A stretch of DNA of 54,474 nt from Thermoproteota archaeon (GCA_027491935.1 JAOZGB010000008.1:1-54474); one strand, 5' to 3'; positions 45,482 to 54,472 are shown, counted from the stretch's first letter. Numbers and translations are program-made. The notes: generated from the sequence alone by a model not told the origin.

Positions 45482-46471
45482 ATGGACGTTAGACTCCGCT
45501 ACATGGATGGAATTGAACTTGAATTTCAAGATTTCAGAGTAATATTCGACCCTTTGAAACTAAAAAAAGGTGTAGACCTATTTCTCATATCCCATGCACA
45601 CTCAGACCACTACTCAATCCCCAAATCCTCCTACACCTCCTTTGAAGTTTACAGCTCGCCTGAAACTAAGGATATAATAGCCGCTAGGCATGGTGCGGCC
45701 GGGTGGATAAGAGAGATCCGTATGGGAAAACCAATACTTTTTAAAGATAGATATCAGGTTTCGGCCTATCCCTCCGGTCATATGTTAGGCTCTAGGGGCT
45801 TTATAATCGACAATGGAGATCTTAGGATTGCATATACGGGTGACCTCAATAACAGGCCAAGCCTATCTACATTGTATGATGCAGCAGTTCCGGAAGATGT
45901 CGACATCCTGATAATTGAAGCTACCTATGGACATCCTAACTTTAGATTCGGCAATTCTCAGCAAATATGGATGGAAATGATCAGATGGGCAGCCTCAACT
46001 GTTGAGAATGGTATTCTTGCATGTATCAAGGGATATACAGCAGGCAAGTCTCAAGAGGTCGAGGCTATTTTTGGTCTCCTCACAAATATCCCTATCTACC
46101 CTCATCCTACAGTCTACCGTGTAAACAGGGTATACGAGAAGTATGGGGTCAGCTATGTAATGAAGAATCTTGTGTCCAATGCTCAGGAAGCTAAATTATT
46201 AGTTTCCCCTGTTCAACTTAAAAGATGGGCTGGAAGAAAAGTCTTAACAGCTTCCGCCACAGGAAGGATACTAATTGATGAAGGAGGGTTCGGATTTCCA
46301 CTTAGCTCTCACGCTGATTATCCCTCACTCCTCAGGTACATAGTTAGCTGCCGACCTAAACGTGTTTACACAGTTTTTGGATACTCTGAATCCTTAGCAT
46401 ATGCTGTGAATAAGAAACTAAAAATCCCTGCTAACCAGTTAACAGAACATTTCTCAGAGATAAGTTTATGA
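45482..46471 (+). CDS. Metallo-beta-lactamase-fold, beta-CASP-like putative nuclease (short form)
   Basis: 'ISHAHSDH', 'PSGHMLGS', 'AYTGD', 'EATYG', and a late 'SSHAD'. Confidence 0.6.
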   Translation: MDVRLRYMDGIELEFQDFRVIFDPLKLKKGVDLFLISHAHSDHYSIPKSSYTSFEVYSSPETKDIIAARHGAAGWIREIRMGKPILFKDRYQVSAYPSGHMLGSRGFIIDNGDLRIAYTGDLNNRPSLSTLYDAAVPEDVDILIIEATYGHPNFRFGNSQQIWMEMIRWAASTVENGILACIKGYTAGKSQEVEAIFGLLTNIPIYPHPTVYRVNRVYEKYGVSYVMKNLVSNAQEAKLLVSPVQLKRWAGRKVLTASATGRILIDEGGFGFPLSSHADYPSLLRYIVSCRPKRVYTVFGYSESLAYAVNKKLKIPANQLTEHFSEISL

Positions 46472-46936
46472 CGGGGCTATGGATGGACGCTCTAGGACAG
46501 TGTCAAGCACCATACTCGTACTTGTGGAAACAACATGTGGTATCGATGATACCTGTGCAATCAAATCCTTAGCTTCATTTCTATCCCTTACCACAGCCTT
46601 AACCACTACATCGTAGTCCCCTGTTATCTCATGGATTTCCAAAATGGAGTCAGCAGCGACCTTTTTGATCTGCCTAGCAACTATGGAATGTTTGCCAGCA
46701 GAGCATTTAACAAATATCAGTAATTTAAGCTTCTTTCCAAGCTTTTCATGATTTAAAATCGCGGTGTACCCGAGAATTATTTTTTCCTCCTCTAAGCTAC
46801 GGACCTTCTTTAGCACGCCTGCAGGAGACATACCGACTTTCCTCGCAAGCTCTGTGTACGTTATTCTGCCGTCTTTTACAAGTTCTGCGAGAATGTCGTA
46901 GTCCTTCTGCTTTAGAGTTTTTGACCGCTTCATCAT
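46466..46936 (-). CDS. lrp: Lrp/AsnC-family transcriptional regulator
   Basis: N-terminal HTH 'DYDILAELVKDGRITYTELARKVGMSPAGVLKKVRSLEEEKII' plus a C-terminal RAM-like domain. Confidence 0.85.
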   Translation of the reverse strand: MMKRSKTLKQKDYDILAELVKDGRITYTELARKVGMSPAGVLKKVRSLEEEKIILGYTAILNHEKLGKKLKLLIFVKCSAGKHSIVARQIKKVAADSILEIHEITGDYDVVVKAVVRDRNEAKDLIAQVSSIPHVVSTSTSMVLDTVLERPSIAPS

Positions 46937-47030
46937 ATGACACCTGTTTCTTTTAACTACTAAAAAGCCTATCTTAGTTAAAAAACTTAATCATTCTGAT
47001 CGGTCAAAACAGAGCATTATTTAAATGTAG

Positions 47031-47130
47031 CGGGCCCGGCGGGATTTGAACCCACGACCCCCGGGTTTCTTAACCCGGTTTAAAAGCTTCACCGAGACTC
47101 CGGTGCTCTACCATACTGAGCTACGGGCCC
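47031..47130 (-). tRNA. tRNA-Lys (anticodon UUU) with two putative introns
   Basis: Reverse complement is GGGCCCG-TA-GCTC-AGTATGGTA-GAGC-A-CCGG[AGTCTCGGTGAA]G-CTTTTA[AACCGGGTTAAGAA]A-CCCGG-GGGTC-GTGGG-TTCAAAT-CCCGC-CGGGCCC-G. Removing 47088-47099 and 47067-47080 gives a perfect 74-nt cloverleaf. Confidence 0.7.
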
Positions 47131-47183
47131 ATATCTAATATGTTTGTTATAGGTTTTAACAGTTACGCTTCCACATAAGGAAA

Positions 47184-47257
47184 CGCCCGGGTCGGGATTT
47201 GAACCCGAGTCAGAGGCTCGACAGGCCCCTATGCTAGCCTGGCTACACCACCCGGGC
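47184..47257 (-). tRNA. tRNA-Asp (anticodon GUC)
   Basis: Reverse complement has acceptor GCCCGGG/CCCGGGC with discriminator G, anticodon arm GGGGC-CTGTCGA-GCCTC, and T-arm TCGGG-TTCAAAT-CCCGA. Confidence 0.9.
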
Positions 47258-47344
47258 ATTAATCTAATTTCCCTCCCCCTAATATAAATCTATCGAATGC
47301 CGAACGTAAACTTAATATCCCAGTTCTAACAATCATTTTATTGT

Positions 47345-47486
47345 CCCGGCGTAGCTCAGTGGTAGTATAGACCGCTAGAGAGCAGCTGGCTGTAGTTAGC
47401 GCTGGCGTGCGCTAACCTGCCAGCGGCTGCTCGCAGAAACCAGCGGGTCGCCGGTTCGAATCAAAGCGAGAATCCGGCCGCCGGGA
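47345..47486 (+). tRNA. tRNA-Tyr (anticodon GUA) with three putative introns (D-loop, canonical 37/38, T-loop)
   Basis: CCCGGCG-TA-GCTC-AGTGGTA[15 nt, 47365-47379]GAGC-A-GCTGG-CTGTAG[43 nt, 47396-47438]A-CCAGC-GGGTC-GCCGG-TTCGAAT[12 nt, 47462-47473]CCGGC-CGCCGGG-A. The C1:G72 pair and A73 fit archaeal tRNA-Tyr identity. Confidence 0.75.
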
Positions 47487-47534
47487 CTCACCTCCAAATC
47501 GCTATCGATAGGGCTAAGCATAGGCTAACTTTTG

Positions 47535-49409
47535 TCAGCCCTTCTTGTAGAGTTTTACTGTTGAACGTTCGCTTTGCCCTCTTTCAACCAGAATAACCGT
47601 GTCCGCGTCAGGTGGAATTCTCCACCTTAACGGCGTAATAATTATGTACTGAGCCTCCTTTGATGCCTCCTTTAAAAGTTTAGACACGAGTTCAAGGTTT
47701 ATTGGATCTAAATGCACCTCAAACTCATCTAAAATTCTAAAGGGCATTTCTGTAAGTTTGTGTAGCGCAACTATGAATGCTATCGTAATTATCGTTCTCT
47801 CGCCACCAGAGTGAGCCAAATTGCTAACCGGTAGAGGGGACACACCCTTTAGGCCGGCGTAGATCTCAATACCTGCGTTCTGGACGTTGTCGATGTTTAT
47901 TATCTTAACATAGCCTTCTCCCTCTACAACTCTAAGTATATTATTGAACGCGGTATTTATCATTGTAGCGATCCTCGTGATTTCAGCTCTCCACTTTTTG
48001 GATGCCTCATTGTATTCTGACATGCAACCTTCAAGCTCCTCCATCATTTCCTTCTTTTTGGATTCAAGAGTATTATATACCTCTCTTAACCGCTGAACCT
48101 CTTCCTTGGCGTATTCTCCTACTTTCTCATATGCTTTTAGCTCAGCTTCGACCTCTATAATTCTCCTATCAATATAATCAAGGTCTGGAACTTCTTCAGG
48201 TGGCTCTAGCCCTTTCAGTTCGTCTTCAGCGCTCTTCAGGCTATTCTGTAAGTCTATAATCCTTCCCTTTAATGCTTTCACGTCTCCAAGGAGAGTGGAT
48301 AGTTTATTAGTAAGCCGCTTGAGTGAGACTTCTGCCCTTCTAAGTAGCAGTTTGTGGCGTTCAATTTCAAACTGGGTTGACTTGAGGCTTTCAAAAACTG
48401 AATGATGTCTAAAGTAGAGATTTTTCAGTGTTTTCACCGTGTCTATAGCTGTCATTAATAGTTTCACGGTTTCCCTGTTAACTGTCTCCCTGTTTGCTTC
48501 TATCTCCCCTATTATACGGTCAAGTTCCGCCTCAACAGTGTGAATTTTGCCTTCAAGTTCCTTTTGAGTACCTATTAAATTAGCCTCACTAACCTCAAGC
48601 TCAGCAATTTTGGACTCTAAACCTTTAATCAGAGCCTTTCTCTCAGAAATTTTAGATTTAAGATTTTCAACTTCAGCTTCACCCTCCTTCAGCTTCTCCA
48701 TCTCACTTAATAGACTTTGCCTTCTATAATTCACAACAGCAAATTTTCTAAGGTTTGCCAGCTCTAATAACTCGAGTTGGAGCTTCATTTTTCTCTCATA
48801 CCTTTCTTCCTCCTCTATTTTCTCATTTAACTTATTTTCAAGCTCCAATAGGCTATTATTAAGCTCTGACAATTTCTCCGTAATAGCTACCATTTTTTCC
48901 CTCAGCCTTATAACTGATTCGTGAAACTCCTGAATCCCAAGGATAGATTCAAGGTACTTTAACCGTTCTCTAGGCTTTAATTCTATCCATCTAGTAGCCT
49001 TCCCCTGGGTTACTATGGCAAGCGGGTTGTCAGCGTCTATTTTAGCTCTATCTAGGAGTTCACGTAGATCCCTGAATCTTATCCATCGTCCATTAAGATA
49101 GTTTTCTGTAGCTCTCCCTCTCTGCAAAATTCTGGTTATAGTAACGTGATCGCTGTTCACACCAAACCTTCCATCACTATTATCTAAAACTACTGAAATT
49201 TCAGCCTCTTTCTCCCCCCACCTAATAAAGTCTGAGAGACGCTTAAGCCGCTCTCTTCCAAGAGATCCAAGGCATAACTGGATAGCTGAGACTATAGAAG
49301 ATTTCCCCGCACCGTTAGGTCCTGTAATCACGTTTAAGCCTTCAGTAAACGGTACTATCGTTTCTTCTTTGAATGTCATAAAGTTTCTTAGTCTAACCTC
49401 TCTAATCAT
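47535..49409 (-). CDS. Short SMC/Rad50-superfamily ATPase (ABC head domains split by a long coiled coil)
   Basis: Walker A 'GPNGAGKSS' lies just after 'MIREVRLRNFMTF'. A heptad-rich E/K/L region of roughly 350 aa follows. Signature 'HSGGERT' and Walker B 'RILDEFEVHLD' are C-terminal. The ATG at 49409 is preferred over 49436. Confidence 0.75.
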   Translation of the reverse strand: MIREVRLRNFMTFKEETIVPFTEGLNVITGPNGAGKSSIVSAIQLCLGSLGRERLKRLSDFIRWGEKEAEISVVLDNSDGRFGVNSDHVTITRILQRGRATENYLNGRWIRFRDLRELLDRAKIDADNPLAIVTQGKATRWIELKPRERLKYLESILGIQEFHESVIRLREKMVAITEKLSELNNSLLELENKLNEKIEEEERYERKMKLQLELLELANLRKFAVVNYRRQSLLSEMEKLKEGEAEVENLKSKISERKALIKGLESKIAELEVSEANLIGTQKELEGKIHTVEAELDRIIGEIEANRETVNRETVKLLMTAIDTVKTLKNLYFRHHSVFESLKSTQFEIERHKLLLRRAEVSLKRLTNKLSTLLGDVKALKGRIIDLQNSLKSAEDELKGLEPPEEVPDLDYIDRRIIEVEAELKAYEKVGEYAKEEVQRLREVYNTLESKKKEMMEELEGCMSEYNEASKKWRAEITRIATMINTAFNNILRVVEGEGYVKIINIDNVQNAGIEIYAGLKGVSPLPVSNLAHSGGERTIITIAFIVALHKLTEMPFRILDEFEVHLDPINLELVSKLLKEASKEAQYIIITPLRWRIPPDADTVILVERGQSERSTVKLYKKG

Positions 49410-49467
49410 TACATTATAGCAGCTAGCAACCCTCACATATAAAACATCCTAATGACTTATTAGTAAT

Positions 49468-49989
49468 ATGGATTCAGAAATTAGAAAAAGGAGCATCGGT
49501 AGGAGAGAGTCTAAAAGGCTTCGTGAAGAGCTAACAGGGAAATTTCCATTCTTAGCCCATATTCTCCCGGAGAAATGCTTATTTGAACTTGGAACAGCCG
49601 AGATATCCGGTAAGAAGGTCGAGATAATATACTATCTCGGTGTCCCTCTAGTGGTAAAATTAGAAGATAGGGATTTTGTTACCGTGGAAGCTATTGAGAA
49701 CTTTAACCTGCAGATTCCAAGGGTAACTGTAGATCTTGGTGCAGTACCCTATATAGCAAGGGGAGCCGACGTAATGGCTCCTGGTATTGTTAAGATAGAC
49801 GCCGAAGCTGAAGAAGGAAGTCTCGTTGTAGTGGACGATGAAAAGCATCATTCAATCATAGCGGTAGGGAAGCTACTATTATCCCCCTCTAAGGTTGAGA
49901 ATGGCAGGCGTGGAAAAGCTGTAAAGGTATATCACCATGTAGGCGATAAGGTGTGGAGGCTTCTAAAAGAATCTCGTAAAAACTTATAA
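49468..49989 (+). CDS. PUA-domain RNA-binding protein (MCT-1/Tma20-like)
   Basis: 'GAVPYIARGADVMAPGIVKIDAEAEEGSLVVVDDEKHHSIIAVGKLL...GKAVKVYHHVGDKVW'. Confidence 0.7.
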   Translation: MDSEIRKRSIGRRESKRLREELTGKFPFLAHILPEKCLFELGTAEISGKKVEIIYYLGVPLVVKLEDRDFVTVEAIENFNLQIPRVTVDLGAVPYIARGADVMAPGIVKIDAEAEEGSLVVVDDEKHHSIIAVGKLLLSPSKVENGRRGKAVKVYHHVGDKVWRLLKESRKNL

Positions 49990-50017
49990 TTTATGTTGTT
50001 TCAGCCATACTAGACAT

Positions 50018-51391
50018 ATGTCAGCGTTCAAGGCGATCCGATACCTTATGAGCCCTTCCTCAATAGCTGTCGTGGGAGCCTCCAGGACCCCGGGAAAAAT
50101 AGGTCATGAAATCCTTAAAAACATCATAGAATACGGATTTAAAGGTCAGGTTTATCCTGTAAACCCTCGGGCTACAGAGGTACTTGGGCTAAAATGTTAC
50201 CCCAGCGTATCGTCTATAGGGAAACCGGTGGATCTTGCAATAATAGTTATACCCGCCCAGGCTGTACTTCCGGTTATAAGAGATTGCGTTAAGTCAAAGG
50301 TTAAGGTTGCAGCGGTCATTACGAGCGGATTTGGAGAAGTTGGGAATAAGCAGCTTGAAGCTGAGGTTGTTAAAACAGCCAGGGAAGGCGGGATGAGGAT
50401 ATTAGGCCCCAACATATTCGGAGTCTATTGTGCTGCGTCAGACCTTAACGCGACGTTCGGCCCTAAAGATGTTCTTAAGGGTTCTATCGCCTTCATAACC
50501 CAGTCCGGAGCTCTTGGTATAGCTCTAATGGGTTGGACCATCACCGAAAAGATAGGGCTATCAGCTATTGTAAGTATAGGCAACAAGGCGGATTTAGATG
50601 ATGCAGACTTTATAGAATATTTCAACTGGGATAATTCAACGAGGGTCATCCTAATATACATAGAAGGAGTCAGGGATGGGAGAAGATTTATGGAAGCTGC
50701 TCTGGAAACGTCTATTAATAAGCCTATAATAGCGTTGAAATCCGGGGTAAGTAAAAGAGGAATGGTTGCGGCCAGTTCGCACACCGGCAGCCTCGCTGGC
50801 AGCGCGCAAGTTTATAAAGCGGCTTTCAAACAGTCAGGTGTATTAATAGCTTCAACTGTTTCTCAAGCGTTCGACTGGGCGAGAATGTTTTCCTCCAACT
50901 TTAAATTCTACGGGTACAACACTGTAATAATTACAAATGGCGGAGGGGTGGGGGTAATGGCTTCAGACGCGTGTGAAAAATTATCTATACCACTTATAGA
51001 TCCATCAGAAGAGCTAAAAAACAAACTACGAAGGTTTATGCCCCCATTTGGCAGCGTCAAGAACCCTATAGATCTCACCGGGATGGCATCCGAAGAAGAC
51101 TACAAGGGGGCCATTAGTACCTGTCTTTCAAGCGAAGAAGTTAATGCCATCATAGTATTATACTGCGAAACAGCAGTTACTAACCCTGTTATGATCGCAA
51201 AGACGATAGCTTCATCTATTAAAGCTCAAGATAAGCCCGTCGTAGCGTCGCTGATCGGGGGGTCAAAAACGCAGCTTGCAATAAACGAACTTAACTATCG
51301 CGGAGTTCCAGCGTATAACGAGCCTTATAAAGCTGTCGACTCTCTCTCTGCATTCTTTAAATGGAACAAGTGGAGAACTAAATCATACTGA
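50018..51391 (+). CDS. acdA: ADP-forming acetyl-CoA synthetase alpha subunit (CoA-binding plus ligase-CoA domains)
   Basis: 'IAVVGASRTPGKIGHEILKNI...VYPVNP', 'ILGPNIFGV', 'ITQSGALG', 'SSHTGSLAG'. No beta subunit gene is adjacent. Confidence 0.82.
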   Translation: MSAFKAIRYLMSPSSIAVVGASRTPGKIGHEILKNIIEYGFKGQVYPVNPRATEVLGLKCYPSVSSIGKPVDLAIIVIPAQAVLPVIRDCVKSKVKVAAVITSGFGEVGNKQLEAEVVKTAREGGMRILGPNIFGVYCAASDLNATFGPKDVLKGSIAFITQSGALGIALMGWTITEKIGLSAIVSIGNKADLDDADFIEYFNWDNSTRVILIYIEGVRDGRRFMEAALETSINKPIIALKSGVSKRGMVAASSHTGSLAGSAQVYKAAFKQSGVLIASTVSQAFDWARMFSSNFKFYGYNTVIITNGGGVGVMASDACEKLSIPLIDPSEELKNKLRRFMPPFGSVKNPIDLTGMASEEDYKGAISTCLSSEEVNAIIVLYCETAVTNPVMIAKTIASSIKAQDKPVVASLIGGSKTQLAINELNYRGVPAYNEPYKAVDSLSAFFKWNKWRTKSY

Positions 51392-51402
51392 AGCTGGTCA
51401 CC

Positions 51403-53196
51403 ATGCGCAGAATAGCTGTAATAGACAGGGAGAAATGTAGGCCTGACAAGTGTGGTCTTGAATGCGTGAAATACTGTCCAGTCAACAGATCAGGTGGTAA
51501 AGTCGTTTACATAGACGAAGACGATAAAATGAGGATCGTAGAAGAACTATGTACCGGATGTGGTATGTGCGTTAAGAAATGCCCATTCTCAGCTATCAAC
51601 ATAGTTCGCCTTCCAGAGCCTGCAGAGGGGGATGAAATATTCCGATATGAAGAAAACGGTTTTCTTCTATGCAGACTCCCACTTCTGAGACCTGGGAAAG
51701 TAGTTGGGCTTCTCGGTCAGAATGGTGTTGGGAAATCAACAGTCTTAAAAATACTTTCTGGAAAGCTTAAGATCAACTTTGGCGACCCTAAGCGGGAACC
51801 AAACCCAAAGGATATAATTTCAATGTTTAGAGGCTCCGAACTTCAGCAGTACTTCGAAAAACTATTAAATGGAGAGATAAAAATCTCTATAAAACCAGAG
51901 AGAGTAGATCTGATACCTAAAATATTTCCTGGGAAAGTTAGAGACCTTCTTAGAGAATACGATGACTACGGTGCACATAGGGAGGTCGCGAAAACACTTG
52001 AGATATACAACATACTGGACAGCGATACAGCTTCAATCAGTGGGGGTGAACTTCAGTCAGTAGCTGTTGCAGTGTCCATACTAAGGAAGGCAGACGTATA
52101 TCTTTTTGATGAGCCAACAAATTACCTAGATGTATTTCAAAGGATGAAAATAGCCAGAATGATCAGAAACCTTGCAGCTGAAAAGAGCGGATCTGTCCTC
52201 GTGGTTGAGCATGACCTAGCAGTATTAGACTATCTAAGCGACTATGTACATGTATTATACGGGGTTCCTGGGGCTTACGGCATAGTTAGCAACCCATATG
52301 GTGTCAGAGAAGGGATAAACATATTTCTAAGGGGGTTTCTACCAGATGAAAACGTTAGATTCAGACCTGAACCGATCACATTTAAAAGAAGACCATCAGG
52401 CTTAATAGCTGCTGTTGAAAAAGTCAGCGGTTACTCGGAAATGTACCTAAAATATGAGGAGGGATTTGAACTTACCATCGAACAGGGCGAGCTCAGAGCA
52501 GGCGAGACGATCGTGTGTGTCGGACCAAACGGTATAGGGAAAACCACCTTTGTCAAGCTGATAGCCGGCATCATAAAACCTGTCTACGGTGAAATATGGC
52601 CTGAGAAGCTTAAAGTAGCCTATAAACCACAATACCTCAGGAGGGACTATGAGGGAACGGTTAGATCAGTGCTGTCAAAAGCGTTGAGGAAAAACATGGA
52701 GTCAAGCTTTTTCAAATCAGAAATACTCAACAGGCTTAACCTAACAGCTGTAATGGACAGGAAAGTAAACCAACTTAGCGGTGGCGAGCTACAAAGGGTC
52801 GCCATAGCATTAACGCTAGGTAGAGATGCTGATATATACCTGATAGACGAGCCAAGCGCATTTCTCGATGTTGAAATGCGCTATGCAGCTGCTAAAGCAA
52901 TAAAACGGAGGGTTGAAGGTACCAGTAAAGTATGCATCGTAGTAGAACATGATATTCTCCTTGTTGAATCCATTGCTGATAGAATAATTCTCTTCACAGG
53001 GGAACCTGGTTTAAGAGGGCATGCATCGCAACCTTTGACTGTTCATAAAGCTTTAAACACTTTCTTAAAACTTTTAGACATCACCTTTAGGAGAGACCCT
53101 GAAACCGGGAGAGCAAGGGTTAATAAGCCCGGGAGTAGACTTGACAGACTAGCAAGGGAGACAGGAGAATACTTCTACACACCTACCTCTTCTTAA
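51403..53196 (+). CDS. abce1: ABCE1 / RNase L inhibitor-type ribosome recycling ATPase
   Basis: N-terminal twin 4Fe-4S motifs ('CRPDKCGLECVKYCP', 'CTGCGMCVKKCP'). Two ABC cassettes ('GQNGVGKST', 'GPNGIGKTT', two 'SGGELQ' signatures). Confidence 0.93.
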   Translation: MRRIAVIDREKCRPDKCGLECVKYCPVNRSGGKVVYIDEDDKMRIVEELCTGCGMCVKKCPFSAINIVRLPEPAEGDEIFRYEENGFLLCRLPLLRPGKVVGLLGQNGVGKSTVLKILSGKLKINFGDPKREPNPKDIISMFRGSELQQYFEKLLNGEIKISIKPERVDLIPKIFPGKVRDLLREYDDYGAHREVAKTLEIYNILDSDTASISGGELQSVAVAVSILRKADVYLFDEPTNYLDVFQRMKIARMIRNLAAEKSGSVLVVEHDLAVLDYLSDYVHVLYGVPGAYGIVSNPYGVREGINIFLRGFLPDENVRFRPEPITFKRRPSGLIAAVEKVSGYSEMYLKYEEGFELTIEQGELRAGETIVCVGPNGIGKTTFVKLIAGIIKPVYGEIWPEKLKVAYKPQYLRRDYEGTVRSVLSKALRKNMESSFFKSEILNRLNLTAVMDRKVNQLSGGELQRVAIALTLGRDADIYLIDEPSAFLDVEMRYAAAKAIKRRVEGTSKVCIVVEHDILLVESIADRIILFTGEPGLRGHASQPLTVHKALNTFLKLLDITFRRDPETGRARVNKPGSRLDRLARETGEYFYTPTSS

Positions 53197-53668
53197 TCCT
53201 ATAAAGAAGCAGTTTATGAGTGTTTAACCCATCACTTACAATCTCCATCCTTTCAGGCTTCCATGGCCTAATTTCAAACTCGTGAGATACAACTCTAGCC
53301 CCATCCCTAAGCTCTGCTTCAAGTTTCGGCCTTAATTTTTCATTTGTAGACGTCAATAGGAAAAGGGTTACCACGTCGGCCTCACTTATATCAATATGGA
53401 AAAAGTTTGCATTAACGAATCTAACCATATCCAGCACTCCTGCCTTTCTAGCGTTCTCCCATGATCGTTTAATGAGGTCTTTCCTAACCTCAATCCCTAC
53501 CGCTCTAGCCTTAAATTCCTTAGCAGCGATTACGACGATTCTTCCATCACCCGAACCTAAGTCGTATAGGACTTCGCCTGGTCTGAGCTCAGCTAACTTT
53601 AGCATTTCTCTGACAACGTTTTCATCTGTTGGCACAAATGGAGCGTCATACCAGCCCATACAGGTCAT
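53183..53668 (-). CDS. Small class I SAM-dependent methyltransferase, resembling the archaeal protein-lysine methyltransferase aKMT
   Basis: 161 aa. 'FVPTDENVVREMLKLAELRPGEVLYDLGSGDGRIVVIAA', 'NFFHIDISEADVVTLFLL', 'VVSHEFEI'. The assignment to aKMT is from memory of that family. Confidence 0.55.
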   Translation of the reverse strand: MTCMGWYDAPFVPTDENVVREMLKLAELRPGEVLYDLGSGDGRIVVIAAKEFKARAVGIEVRKDLIKRSWENARKAGVLDMVRFVNANFFHIDISEADVVTLFLLTSTNEKLRPKLEAELRDGARVVSHEFEIRPWKPERMEIVSDGLNTHKLLLYRIKKR

Positions 53669-53719
53669 TATAATAATTAGCTTAAGCTATTTATATTATC
53701 TTCAGTATACACCTATTGA

Positions 53720-54364
53720 ATGTCTGGACAACCTATTATAGAATCTACCGGTGGGGAAGTCCCTGTAAAAGTGATCTATGAATATTTGAAGAAACTTAAA
53801 GGCCTCTACAAGTTTTGGTTTACCGGTGAAGACACTGAATTTTCCGTCATCTTTTATGATGGGAAGCCGATTATTGCAGGTGGGAGAGCAAGGGGGTTAG
53901 AGTATTATGGTACATCAGCATTAACATTAGCCGGTAAACTAACATATGAAAGGCTTATTGTACATAAAATAGAAGATAGTAGACACATATTTCCCGAAGG
54001 AAGTTTAACACAGCTTATACCTTCTCTAAAAGCTGGTGATCTTAACGTCGACTCGATGGTTAGAGATATTCAAGTGGAGGGAATTGGCATCGTCTTATCA
54101 TCCGAAAACTGGACTAAAATAGTATGTATCAAAAAAGAAGGTGTAACCTTCGTTGGTGTTAAGCCACCTAAAATTCAAGGGGAAAGGTATTCAAGGCGAA
54201 TGATAAGTAACGTTGAAGAATTACTCATTACAGCGCGGCCCATTATCAAACGAAGAGTGTTAGGAGTCTTTGAATTTTCGGAATACGTGAGCATATTCCA
54301 GGCTTCCAATTTGTTAAACAAGCAAATAATAGCTCAGGAGAAACTAACAGTCTTTCAACCATGA
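53720..54364 (+). CDS. Hypothetical protein
   Basis: A 214-aa ORF with coding-like composition and no recognised motif. Confidence 0.4.
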   Translation: MSGQPIIESTGGEVPVKVIYEYLKKLKGLYKFWFTGEDTEFSVIFYDGKPIIAGGRARGLEYYGTSALTLAGKLTYERLIVHKIEDSRHIFPEGSLTQLIPSLKAGDLNVDSMVRDIQVEGIGIVLSSENWTKIVCIKKEGVTFVGVKPPKIQGERYSRRMISNVEELLITARPIIKRRVLGVFEFSEYVSIFQASNLLNKQIIAQEKLTVFQP

Positions 54365-54472
54365 AATTATGAACTTCGAGACAATGAGTTCAACATCATC
54401 CGGTTTTAGCCTCGTTGTGTCAATTACAATATGGAATGGTTTCAAGTCGTCACCTAACTTAAACCCGTAAAG
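54344..54472 (-). CDS. 3' end of a gene that continues beyond the right window edge (partial)
   Basis: An open frame enters from the window edge (...LYGFKLGDDLKPFHIVIDTTRLKPDDVELIVSKFIISWLKDC*) and stops with TAG at 54344-54346. Only 42 codons are visible. Confidence 0.3.
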   Translation of the reverse strand, partial: LYGFKLGDDLKPFHIVIDTTRLKPDDVELIVSKFIISWLKDC

